From a virus: DNA of 64,000 nucleotides. Below the pieces are notes generated by a model that did no database searches, was not told the origin of the DNA, and saw nothing but the letters and a program-made list of their open reading frames with translations. The stretch spans positions 1 through 64,000 of the IMG/VR virus record IMGVR_UViG_3300011113_000492; one strand, given 5' to 3'. Position numbers and translations under genes: made by a program. Shown here in pieces: positions 27,938-36,881 of the stretch. Within the stretch, counting starts at the first letter, position 1. Every line of letters begins with the position of its first letter.

Positions 27938-28639
27938 TTATCTGGGTCCAAACCCGGGAGTCCACCCTTGTTGACAAAGCAAAATAAATTCGCTCTTTGA
28001 AATATATTTTCTTTGAATTGGATTTAACAAGTGTACCCATTTCTTACCTAAATTTGCATCTTTGATTTTCTGTGCCTTTTCTGCACTGCACGGTGGTCTT
28101 ATATTCCAAGTTGGATCTGCTGCTTTTTGTTTTCTGGTGGCAGACATTTTAGCTTTTTCTTCTGCGGTGCGCTCTATCCCTTTATTCCAGGAAGTTTGTC
28201 CTTTGCGTGATGCGGATATTTTTGCCCTCCATTCAGGAGTAAAGTCGGCTGAAGTTCTTCCTGTTTTATTTCCAAAATTTGGATTCAAAGGTCCTACTAG
28301 CGTTTTTAAATACTCACATCGCTGTTTCTTAATAATTTGATATGTAGCTGCAGAAACTTTATAACGAGATTGATCAGGTTTGGCTTGCACCGTCATCCTC
28401 CACGCAGCATAAACCATTTTTTTTCTATTTGTACCGTCAGTCATTTTGGGTAGGAGTAAATGACAAATGAAATGTTCTTTTGCGGTTAATCGAACCAAAT
28501 TGATTTTGGAATTATCGCCCCCTAGACTTTTAGGAATAATATGATGCTTTTCGGTATATTCGTTTTTATCATTTATTCTTGACTGTGCTCTGTTAATTAT
28601 GCTATAATAGCACTTAAAATATTTGTTCTTAATAAACAT
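27938..28639 (-). CDS. Free-standing HNH homing endonuclease with NUMOD3 repeats
   Basis: KHHIIPKSLGGDNSKINLVRLTAKEHFICH, closely similar to the HNH at 182. Inserted antisense. Confidence 0.9.
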   Translation of the reverse strand: MFIKNKYFKCYYSIINRAQSRINDKNEYTEKHHIIPKSLGGDNSKINLVRLTAKEHFICHLLLPKMTDGTNRKKMVYAAWRMTVQAKPDQSRYKVSAATYQIIKKQRCEYLKTLVGPLNPNFGNKTGRTSADFTPEWRAKISASRKGQTSWNKGIERTAEEKAKMSATRKQKAADPTWNIRPPCSAEKAQKIKDANLGKKWVHLLNPIQRKYISKSEFILLCQQGWTPGFGPR

Positions 28640-28679
28640 TTACAACCTTTTATTTTATTTATGAAAGATCTTAAAAATA

Positions 28680-29213
28680 ATGCAAGATATCATGTTGGAC
28701 CTTGAAACGCTGGCTACCAGTCCAGACAGCGTGATTCTTACTTTCGGTGCAATTAAATTTAACCCTTTTGATCCAGATCAAGAGTTAGACGACGGTCTCT
28801 ACTTTCGCATCAATGTAGACGAACAAATCACACTTGGGCGTAACGTTGACGAAGGCACTGTGGCTTGGTGGGGTACACAAAGTGAAGAAGTGCGCGAAGA
28901 AGCACTGGGCGAACATGACCGCATATCGCTGGAAGAATTTACTCGTTCACTGAATAAATTTGTGGTAGGTGCAAATCGTATATGGGCTCAGGGTCCTGTG
29001 TTTGATATTGTTATTCTTGAGAATCTATATAGGCAATTAGGCAAGCCTTGTCCTTGGCAATACTACACCATTCGGGACAGTCGAACTTTACTTAAAGCAT
29101 TAGGCGATACACGAAAAGGTGGGTCGATGTTACACAATGCACTAGCTGATGCAGTCAGTCAGGCACAGGCTATACAAGATGCTGTTAGTCGACACAATTT
29201 AACGGATCTTTGA
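28680..29213 (+). CDS. DEDD 3'-5' exonuclease (Rv2179c-like)
   Basis: IMLDLETL, WAQGPVFD, RDSRTL and HNALADA motifs. Confidence 0.85.
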   Translation: MQDIMLDLETLATSPDSVILTFGAIKFNPFDPDQELDDGLYFRINVDEQITLGRNVDEGTVAWWGTQSEEVREEALGEHDRISLEEFTRSLNKFVVGANRIWAQGPVFDIVILENLYRQLGKPCPWQYYTIRDSRTLLKALGDTRKGGSMLHNALADAVSQAQAIQDAVSRHNLTDL

Positions 29214-29230
29214 TATCTAATAGAAATAAT

Positions 29231-29650
29231 ATGTTTTATCTTGCATACGGAATGAATTCTAATAAAAACAGTATGGCGCAGAGATGCCCAGCCGCAAAAA
29301 GTCTGGGGTCAGTGGTATTAGAAGGACACAAATTGGCATTCAAACATTTTTGCGATGCTGTTGTAGATGAGCAGAGTTACATGGTCTGTGCATTATGGGA
29401 TATTACCGAAAACTGCGAACGCAGCCTGGATGCATTAGAAGGTTATCCTCATTTTTACGGAAAAAAAGAAGTTGAAGTAATGCACAATGGACGCAAGATT
29501 CGTGCAATGATATATTATATGAAAGACTACTATGACTACGGGATTCCTAGCCGCAGCTATTTAGACATGGTAGTAGAAGGTTATCGACAGCACAACATAG
29601 AGGTATCACAGATCGTTGACGCATTAGAGGAATTAGAAGAATGCACATAA
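29231..29650 (+). CDS. Gamma-glutamylcyclotransferase (AIG2-like)
   Basis: FYLAYGMN and LDALEGYP motifs. Confidence 0.8.
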   Translation: MFYLAYGMNSNKNSMAQRCPAAKSLGSVVLEGHKLAFKHFCDAVVDEQSYMVCALWDITENCERSLDALEGYPHFYGKKEVEVMHNGRKIRAMIYYMKDYYDYGIPSRSYLDMVVEGYRQHNIEVSQIVDALEELEECT

Positions 29651-29940
29651 TTATGGGTAAAGAAGCCGCGGAGGCTCTTAAAGAAAATTATACTGTATTA
29701 GAATTAGAAACTTTTCATCATAACGGGCAAGATATCACCGCTTATTGTGTAGTGGATCAAGTGCCTATTATGGAACTTCCAGCCTTAGAAAGCTATAAGC
29801 AGCAACACAGTGATTTTATTGATCAACTGAATAAGAAAAATTTTAAATATTGTGTTGATGCAGCCCCATTCCTCAAGGGCAGATTCAATGGAGATTTGGA
29901 CAGTTTCTACGACGAAATAGTAAATCGCTATAAAGAATAA
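29641..29940 (+). CDS. Stand-alone paralogue of the C-terminal region of the CHASE2 adenylate cyclase
   Basis: By-eye alignment to the end of 36882..38936: IMGKE/IIGAE, YCVV/YTVI, QQH/EQH and LKGRFNGDLDSFY/MKGTFGGQMDKYY. Confidence 0.6.
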   Translation: MHIIMGKEAAEALKENYTVLELETFHHNGQDITAYCVVDQVPIMELPALESYKQQHSDFIDQLNKKNFKYCVDAAPFLKGRFNGDLDSFYDEIVNRYKE

Positions 29941-29991
29941 CTAGTCAGATTATTTCTTCCTGCTTTCTTTAAATACTAAGGGAGCAGAAGA

Positions 29992-30456
29992 ATGATAAAA
30001 ATAATAAAATACTTCTTATTAGGCGTCATCACGACGCCTATAGCTGTTTTATCAGCGCCTTTATCAGATTTTTCATTTAAAAATCCTAGTTTTAGCGGGA
30101 TAGGGTTTAGTAGTCATATACTGACCATTGAAAATCAAGAATCTACTAGACGTAAATCCGTGGCAGATAAAGTACAAGCCGAGTTGGACAAAATCAAGGC
30201 TGATGAAAAAAACACTAATTTAAATAAATTTCTAAACAATTTAGAGTCTAGAATTTATGCACAGATAAGCCAAAATTTGGCCACAGCTATGTTTGCAAGT
30301 GGGGGGTCAGACTCGGGGTCTTTTACCTTTGACAAAGCTACTAATACAACTATTAGTTGGGTCAAAGATTCTTTGGCTGGCACCATTAAATTAACAGTAA
30401 ATGGTCCCGGAGTTAACTCTGAAATTACTGTACCGTTAGGGCAATTCCAATTTTAA
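29992..30456 (+). CDS. csgF: Curli assembly protein CsgF-like
   Basis: Signal peptide followed by FSFKNPSFSG and FLNNLESRIYAQIS. Confidence 0.8.
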   Translation: MIKIIKYFLLGVITTPIAVLSAPLSDFSFKNPSFSGIGFSSHILTIENQESTRRKSVADKVQAELDKIKADEKNTNLNKFLNNLESRIYAQISQNLATAMFASGGSDSGSFTFDKATNTTISWVKDSLAGTIKLTVNGPGVNSEITVPLGQFQF

Positions 30457-30458
30457 TC

Positions 30459-31382
30459 ATGAAAACAAAATTAATAGCCCTAACAATGATAAGTTTGCTA
30501 AATGGATGTGCCATACATCAATTAGCCGGAGACTTAGACGCACTGCCAGAAGTCACTAAAAATGTACTTCAAAAAGAATTTGACAGCATACCTCCACCTG
30601 CATCGGGTCGGCCGATCAGTGTAGCAGTATATAGTTTTCAAGATAAAACTGGACAAAGAAGACCCCTGCAAAATATCGCAAGTTTAAGCACTGCGGTAAC
30701 TCAAGGAGCAGAATCGTTTCTTATTAAAGCACTGCAAGATGTAGGGCGAGGTCAATGGTTCGAAGTAGTTGAGAGAGTGGGAATAGATAATCTGACCAAA
30801 GAAAGATTAATTATTCGACAAATGAGAGAAGCTTATGAAGGCAATAATGCTAGACCTTTAATGCCCATGCAATTCGCAGGTATGATCATTGAAGGTGGGA
30901 TTATTGGATACGATTCTAGTACTAAGTCGGGTGGCGTCGGTGCTAGATGGTTGGGTATAGGTACTCAAACTCAGTACAGTGAAGATATTGTTACAGTAAG
31001 TCTAAGAGCTGTCAGTGTTAACACCGGCAAAGTTCTTATCAGTGTAACAGTGCAAAAAACTATATTAAGTAGCAGCGACAGTACCACAGCATTTAAATTT
31101 TTCGATCTCGGCACTAAAGCATTCGAAGCCGAAGCTGGTTTGACAATAAACGAACCAGGAACTTATGCCGTCAAAACTGCTATAGAAGCAGCGGTGGTTG
31201 AGTTAATCAAAGAAGGTCAACGAAAATCAGTTTGGGATTTTAAAACACAAACAACACAACAAAACAATAAGGAGGGAAATCAAATTGAGCTGGTTCAAGA
31301 GAAGACCCCGGATAAAAGAGGAGAAACATCTCCCGCATCATTGGCACAGCCCGCTAGCGGACAAGCTAATGGAGGAAATTAA
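30459..31382 (+). CDS. csgG: Curli secretion channel CsgG-like lipoprotein
   Basis: Lipobox LLNGC, AVYSFQDKTGQRR, STAVTQG, VERVGIDNLTKER, EGGIIGYD and VSLRAVSV motifs. Confidence 0.92.
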   Translation: MKTKLIALTMISLLNGCAIHQLAGDLDALPEVTKNVLQKEFDSIPPPASGRPISVAVYSFQDKTGQRRPLQNIASLSTAVTQGAESFLIKALQDVGRGQWFEVVERVGIDNLTKERLIIRQMREAYEGNNARPLMPMQFAGMIIEGGIIGYDSSTKSGGVGARWLGIGTQTQYSEDIVTVSLRAVSVNTGKVLISVTVQKTILSSSDSTTAFKFFDLGTKAFEAEAGLTINEPGTYAVKTAIEAAVVELIKEGQRKSVWDFKTQTTQQNNKEGNQIELVQEKTPDKRGETSPASLAQPASGQANGGN

Positions 31383-31441
31383 AATAAAGGTAAGACCACA
31401 GGAGCAAGTTGAGGAAAAAAATAAATCAACTTTTAATAAAA

Positions 31442-32221
31442 ATGAAAAAAAATAAATTCGTAGCAGTAGTTTTTGCAACACTGACTACTTGGGCAGTAGC
31501 AGCAGACAACAGCATCTATATAGATCAGGCAGGAGATAATGCCACTATAGCAATGCTGCAAGAAGGTGCCAGTAATAGAATTCGTGGAATTCAAGGTATG
31601 GGGACTGGAAATACCACTCCTGCTGTAATAAAAGGCGATGCTATATCGTTGACGGTAGAGCAAGTAGGAAGTGGAAATATTTTGAATTTGGGAGTAGATA
31701 CTTCCACGGCCAACGGCGCTAGTCCTTCTACAGTTATATACAAAGTGACAGGCAGTAATGCAGTTGGAACCATTAATTTAAATAATTCTGGTACGGGAAC
31801 TAATGCCAGCACTAACTTAAACATCGAACAAAACGGTGATGGTGCTATTGCAACTGTTAATATTTTAGGATCGCAAAATAGTTTAACAGTAGATCAGGCC
31901 GGCGGCAATAATAATAAAATTGTTGCAACTATCGATGCCAATAATACAACATCTGTTATTAATCAAACAGGCGGTGGTGGTAATGAAACTACATTAAATT
32001 TAACAGGCGATAAAGGAACTGTAAATTTAACCACTGTTGGTTCATTAAACATTACTAACATTACTCAAAGCGGTGGTGGAGCAAGTGGTCATAATGCTAC
32101 TATTAACCTAACTGGATCTAGTAATAGCACCACTATATTACAACAAGGTACTATAGATACTACAGTAAACATAGTAGGTGTTGGTTCGGGAAATACGTTT
32201 AATATAACAACTAAGAATTAA
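31442..32221 (+). CDS. Secreted curlin-repeat protein
   Basis: Signal peptide, then repeated x-Q-x-G-x-x-N beta-arch units (IDQAGDN, VEQVGSGN, INQTGGGGN, ILQQG). Confidence 0.8.
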   Translation: MKKNKFVAVVFATLTTWAVAADNSIYIDQAGDNATIAMLQEGASNRIRGIQGMGTGNTTPAVIKGDAISLTVEQVGSGNILNLGVDTSTANGASPSTVIYKVTGSNAVGTINLNNSGTGTNASTNLNIEQNGDGAIATVNILGSQNSLTVDQAGGNNNKIVATIDANNTTSVINQTGGGGNETTLNLTGDKGTVNLTTVGSLNITNITQSGGGASGHNATINLTGSSNSTTILQQGTIDTTVNIVGVGSGNTFNITTKN

Positions 32222-32222
32222 A

Positions 32223-33335
32223 ATGTTATGCAAAACAATAACATTCGCACTCTTGATGATTATATCCGGTATGTCTATAGCAGCATCTATAGGGAAAGTG
32301 ACAGATCTGATAAACACTCCTCCCAGTATCCAGAGACAAAAAAGTACTCTGACTGCGGACAAAGGAGTGGGAGTGGAACTGAACGACTCGATAAAGACAG
32401 CTCGGGGAAAAGTGGGCATAACTTTTGAAGATGACACTAAAGTACAAATCAATGAAAACTCTAAGTTAGTAATCGATGACTTTGTCTATGACCCAAAAAG
32501 TAAAGCAGGTAAGCTAGGAGCTAAAATTGCATTGGGTACTGTTAGATATGCCAGTGGTCAAATTGCAAAAAATAGTCCACAAAACGTTGCATTAAACACA
32601 CCCACAGCTACTATCAGTGTTCGTGGAACAGACTTTACAGCAACAGTGGACGAGTTGGGGCAAAGTACAATTATTCTTTTACCTAGTTGCCCCGACAATA
32701 AACCTAATAGGACAAAAGAAGACATAGAAAGAAATTGTGTTGTTGGTACAATTATAGTAGAAAGCGACGCAGGACAAGTAATACTCAATCAAGCATTCCA
32801 AGCTACAAAAGTTGAAAGTCGTAGTGCTCCTCCCATGAGACCTGCCATTCTTAATTTAAGTGAAGATGCTATTAGTAATATAATACTGTTAAGTCCACCG
32901 AAAGAGCTGAGAAAAGAAAACTCCGATAATAAATTAACAACTAAAAATTTTTTAGATGTTGATTTTTTAAAAGAACAAGGATTGGAAAATCAACTTGACC
33001 TGCAACAAGCCAGAATATTTCAAGATAGATTAAGTTATGATTTTTTAGATACTTCATTTTTAAACGGATTGTTTGATATGATTGGCGACATATTAAATGA
33101 AAAATTATTGGATGAAGTAGACACTGTTCTACCAGACTATAGACGTAGCAGTGGCATAATTGCAATCAAAGATGAATCCAGGGTTGAACTATGCAGAAAC
33201 GATGGCAGTAATATTCAATGTGTAGCTACACCGTTTACTCAAAATAGTACCATTTATCAAACACAGGGAACATTGGAATTTAAAAATCGTGTCAATGCGG
33301 GAGGTAATACAATTATTACCTTAATTCAAAGATGA
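32223..33335 (+). CDS. Exported FecR-domain protein
   Basis: Signal peptide, then DSIKT...GITFEDDTKV...ENSKL...GTVRYASG and TPTATISVRGTDF. Confidence 0.85.
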   Translation: MLCKTITFALLMIISGMSIAASIGKVTDLINTPPSIQRQKSTLTADKGVGVELNDSIKTARGKVGITFEDDTKVQINENSKLVIDDFVYDPKSKAGKLGAKIALGTVRYASGQIAKNSPQNVALNTPTATISVRGTDFTATVDELGQSTIILLPSCPDNKPNRTKEDIERNCVVGTIIVESDAGQVILNQAFQATKVESRSAPPMRPAILNLSEDAISNIILLSPPKELRKENSDNKLTTKNFLDVDFLKEQGLENQLDLQQARIFQDRLSYDFLDTSFLNGLFDMIGDILNEKLLDEVDTVLPDYRRSSGIIAIKDESRVELCRNDGSNIQCVATPFTQNSTIYQTQGTLEFKNRVNAGGNTIITLIQR

Positions 33336-34639
33336 TTAAATTTGTAGTATCTGTTATGTTGTTTATATTTTCTGTTAATGCACATTCTGCATTGACAGAT
33401 ATAAAATTTGGTAGATATCAAATTGCTGACAGTCAATGGAATGTCAGTGCCTGTTTAAATACCACCACTTGTCAAATTTATAGTAAACAACCAGGAACCG
33501 CATATAAAATTCCGTGGACATCGGGACAGATAAGTTGGGCCGCAGGCGACTATGTAAAATTTGAACTCAGTGGCAATGCCAGTTATCCCTATTTGGCAAA
33601 ACAATACAATAGCCTAGGACAATTAAAAGCAACAGTTGGCACTGGTAAAATTGTTAACATGGGTCCAGATTATTTCTTCTTTGTGGGCAATGACAATAAT
33701 ACCGGACAATTATTCAGTGGTAGTAGCGGTATGAGCGGTACTGGTGGTGTGTCGTGGACAGGGACACTGAATCCAACTATAGCACAGGCCGATGCTTATG
33801 CAAATGCGAACTACAGCACTGAGCCGTTGGGAGCAGGACAAACAGCCACAACTACTCCAAATAATGCAGGCGGTGGAGGCGGCGGCCCAGTTTATTCGTC
33901 TAACATAACTGCGGCACAGCAGACAAGGGTAAATGCTTGGGCAGCTAAAACTATTACCGACAATGGTATATACATTGATCAAGTGGGCAATAACAATAGT
34001 CTAACTATTGTTCAAACTGGAAATAAAAATCTTATTACAGGCATTGGCCAACAAGCAGCTAAAATTCAGGGAGATCAAAATAGCTTAACCATTAATCAAG
34101 GTGTAACCAGCACAGGACAAAATGAAATAGGACTGCGAGTTATTGGAAATTCAAATACTATCAATATAGGACAAGCCAGAGATCATACAGGCACGGCCTT
34201 AGGCAGCAACGGCCATTATCTGTCATTGGATATTTACGGAAGTACAAACAACTTAACTACTCAGCAATCTAATTCGGGAGGAGTGGGCGGCCATTACATG
34301 GAAACAACTATATCAGGTAACAATAATATTATTACCAATAAGCAATTAGATAATGGTAATAAAATTATGTTCGGCACAGTGACCAATGGATCAAATAACA
34401 ATGTCACGGCTGTGCAACAGGGCACAGGTCAACATTATTTAGACTACAAGCTAACGGGCAACGGACATACTGCAAATATTAATCAAACTGGATCAACACA
34501 GAATAAAGCAACTATAGATTTAACCAATGCAGGTGGAGCTGCCACACTTAATCTAACTCAAAACGGCAATCAAATATTTTCTATAACTCAGAGTTGCAGC
34601 ATGGTGGGCGGATGTGCAACCACAGTGGTGCAGCCGTAA
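33332..34639 (+). CDS. Secreted two-domain protein: N-terminal globular domain plus curlin repeats
   Basis: Signal peptide, Cys-containing N-domain, TTTPNNAGGGGGG linker, Q-x-G-N-N-N repeats and a C-terminal CxxxxxC. Confidence 0.75.
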   Translation: MIKFVVSVMLFIFSVNAHSALTDIKFGRYQIADSQWNVSACLNTTTCQIYSKQPGTAYKIPWTSGQISWAAGDYVKFELSGNASYPYLAKQYNSLGQLKATVGTGKIVNMGPDYFFFVGNDNNTGQLFSGSSGMSGTGGVSWTGTLNPTIAQADAYANANYSTEPLGAGQTATTTPNNAGGGGGGPVYSSNITAAQQTRVNAWAAKTITDNGIYIDQVGNNNSLTIVQTGNKNLITGIGQQAAKIQGDQNSLTINQGVTSTGQNEIGLRVIGNSNTINIGQARDHTGTALGSNGHYLSLDIYGSTNNLTTQQSNSGGVGGHYMETTISGNNNIITNKQLDNGNKIMFGTVTNGSNNNVTAVQQGTGQHYLDYKLTGNGHTANINQTGSTQNKATIDLTNAGGAATLNLTQNGNQIFSITQSCSMVGGCATTVVQP

Positions 34640-34678
34640 TAATTTGACTGGTTGGTTACTAATACTATATAATTGTGT

Positions 34679-35503
34679 ATGGACACAAAACTTCAAGTAT
34701 TTGGGGGCCTGGGATTCGTTGGCTCCAATTTTGTTAAACAATATCCCGATGTTATAGTCAATGATCGCAATGATTACACTGTAAAATCCAAAAATATCTT
34801 ATATCTAATCAGTACCATTAGCAACTATAATATGCTCACAGACCCGTATGTGGATATTAATACCAATTTAACCACATTAATGCGTGTACTAGAACAATGC
34901 AAGGATCAGGATGTAACATTTAATTTTGTCAGCAGTTGGTTTGTCTATGGGGACACTGAAATGCCTGCTCAGGAAAACAGTCCTTGTAGGCCAACTGGAT
35001 TTTATAGTATAACAAAAAAAGCAGCAGAAGATTTATTAGTCTGTTATGCCAAAGTTTTTAATATCAAATATAGAATATTACGGTTAGCAAATGTAGTAGG
35101 CCCAGGCGATCCAAAAGCCAGCCTACAAAAAAATGCACTGCAATTTTTAATCAACGAAATTAAAGACAACAAGGATATCAAAATCTACGATGGTGGTAAT
35201 ATGTATAGGGATTATATGCATGTCATTGACGTAGCAAGAGCAATTAAATTAGTGATAGACCAGGGAGATATTAACACTGTATATAATATCGGTAACGGAA
35301 AGCCTATTAAGTTTAAAACTATAATCGAATACGCACACACCATTACCAATAGTTCCGGAAGATTGATTAACATCGAACCTCCCGAATTTCATAAAATTGT
35401 TCAAGTTCATAGTATGTTTATGAACACAGAAAAATTAAAAAAATTGGGGTACAAGCCTTTGTATTCTATGGAACAGATTGTGGAAGACATGATTCCTCGC
35501 TAA
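34679..35503 (+). CDS. NAD-dependent epimerase/dehydratase (extended SDR)
   Basis: GGLGFVG, SSWFVYG, YSITK and RDYMHV motifs. Confidence 0.9.
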   Translation: MDTKLQVFGGLGFVGSNFVKQYPDVIVNDRNDYTVKSKNILYLISTISNYNMLTDPYVDINTNLTTLMRVLEQCKDQDVTFNFVSSWFVYGDTEMPAQENSPCRPTGFYSITKKAAEDLLVCYAKVFNIKYRILRLANVVGPGDPKASLQKNALQFLINEIKDNKDIKIYDGGNMYRDYMHVIDVARAIKLVIDQGDINTVYNIGNGKPIKFKTIIEYAHTITNSSGRLINIEPPEFHKIVQVHSMFMNTEKLKKLGYKPLYSMEQIVEDMIPR

Positions 35504-35513
35504 ATACTAGACT

Positions 35514-36872
35514 ATGATTATACGCGGTAGCACAATTAGGGGTGTAAGAGTTGCAGCAATTACAGTTCCATCCAGTCAAGTTGAATTTACAACACCTGGC
35601 ACTTATTCGTGGACAGCACCGGCCGGTGTTACTTCAGTGAGTGCAGTATGTATCGGCGGCGGCGGAGCAGGAACTCGAGGCACCAGTCCTAGTGATGTAG
35701 ATCAATTACGCAGAGGCGGTGGTGCTGGTGGCTTAGGGTGGAAAAATAATATTCCAGTTACTCCCGGACAGACTTATACTGTAGTAGTGGGAGCCGGCGG
35801 AACTACATTGGCCACTGGTACTCCAGTATCGACTTCGTCCAACTCTGTACAGATTGTAAATTCTGGCACAGTTAGTTTTACACTAGATAGCCCGACAACT
35901 TTTGCTTTATACAACGACATAAAAGTGTCGCCCATAGCAAATCCCAGTTACTATATGTTAGGTACTATAACATCTTTGTCTGCTAATAAAACTAGTCTAA
36001 CAATGTTGGTAGAAGGCCAAGTGGGCACTGGAATTTATTTAGGTTGGAACTTGTATTTTCAGGGCGAAGTTGGTCAAGCTGGCAATACTAGCTATTTTAT
36101 AAGTTCGAACACTGTGGCTGGACTTGGGGGACAAGGCGGCAGCAATTTTGCTAACGGGGCAATAGGCGGTGGATATGTTGGTGATGGCGGTGGCACTGGA
36201 GGACAGGGCGGCCGAGCCCCCAATAATCCAGCATCTTTAAGTGGTGGTGTTGTATATAGAGTTGGTGGCGGATCTGGAGGTAGTACAGCAGGATATTCCG
36301 GTAACGGTGGTAATGCAGGAACAGACGGTTCTACATTAAACTCGTCAAATCCAAGGAATATTGTTTTACCGACAGCGGGTACAGGAGGCGGCGCCGGCGG
36401 ATCGTGGAATAGGACTCCTACCAATTTTGTACCAGGTCCAGGTGGGTTAAGTCCTTATGATTATAGTTTTGGTGCTGGTAGTGGTGGTTCGGGTGTGGGT
36501 CTGAATGGTCAAGGATCATCGGGTGGATACTGGCGTTCGTCAACACAAACCTACATAACTTCAGGAAATGCCACAGCCTACGGAATCGACGAAGGAGCAG
36601 TAGGACAATCTGGCAGTGGTGGTGGCCCGACAATTACAGGACAAAGTTATCCGGGCATAGGCGACGGATTTGGCGCTGTGGGGGTATACAATTCAAACAC
36701 TTTACAACGAGGCGGCGATGGAGGCTTATACGGTGCAGGAGGCGGATCTGTTGGTCCACAAATGATATTCAATCCAACCAATGATAGAATTGGATTCGGA
36801 GGCAATGGCGCAGTACGACTTATTTGGGGTCCTGGTAGATCATTTCCCAGTACAAACACAGCCAACGTGTAA
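35514..36872 (+). CDS. Glycine-rich virion (tail-fibre-associated) protein
   Basis: FTTPGTYSWTAPAGVTSVSAVCIGGGG...GGNGAVRLIWG glycine-rich domain. A late promoter lies upstream. Confidence 0.7.
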   Translation: MIIRGSTIRGVRVAAITVPSSQVEFTTPGTYSWTAPAGVTSVSAVCIGGGGAGTRGTSPSDVDQLRRGGGAGGLGWKNNIPVTPGQTYTVVVGAGGTTLATGTPVSTSSNSVQIVNSGTVSFTLDSPTTFALYNDIKVSPIANPSYYMLGTITSLSANKTSLTMLVEGQVGTGIYLGWNLYFQGEVGQAGNTSYFISSNTVAGLGGQGGSNFANGAIGGGYVGDGGGTGGQGGRAPNNPASLSGGVVYRVGGGSGGSTAGYSGNGGNAGTDGSTLNSSNPRNIVLPTAGTGGGAGGSWNRTPTNFVPGPGGLSPYDYSFGAGSGGSGVGLNGQGSSGGYWRSSTQTYITSGNATAYGIDEGAVGQSGSGGGPTITGQSYPGIGDGFGAVGVYNSNTLQRGGDGGLYGAGGGSVGPQMIFNPTNDRIGFGGNGAVRLIWGPGRSFPSTNTANV

Positions 36873-36881
36873 AGACATACC

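Noticed and set aside
35514-36872. Glycine-rich region as collagen-like or as a DNA repeat array
   Set aside because: There is no Gly-X-Y periodicity and no exact nucleotide repeats. It matches an ordinary phage glycine-rich domain.
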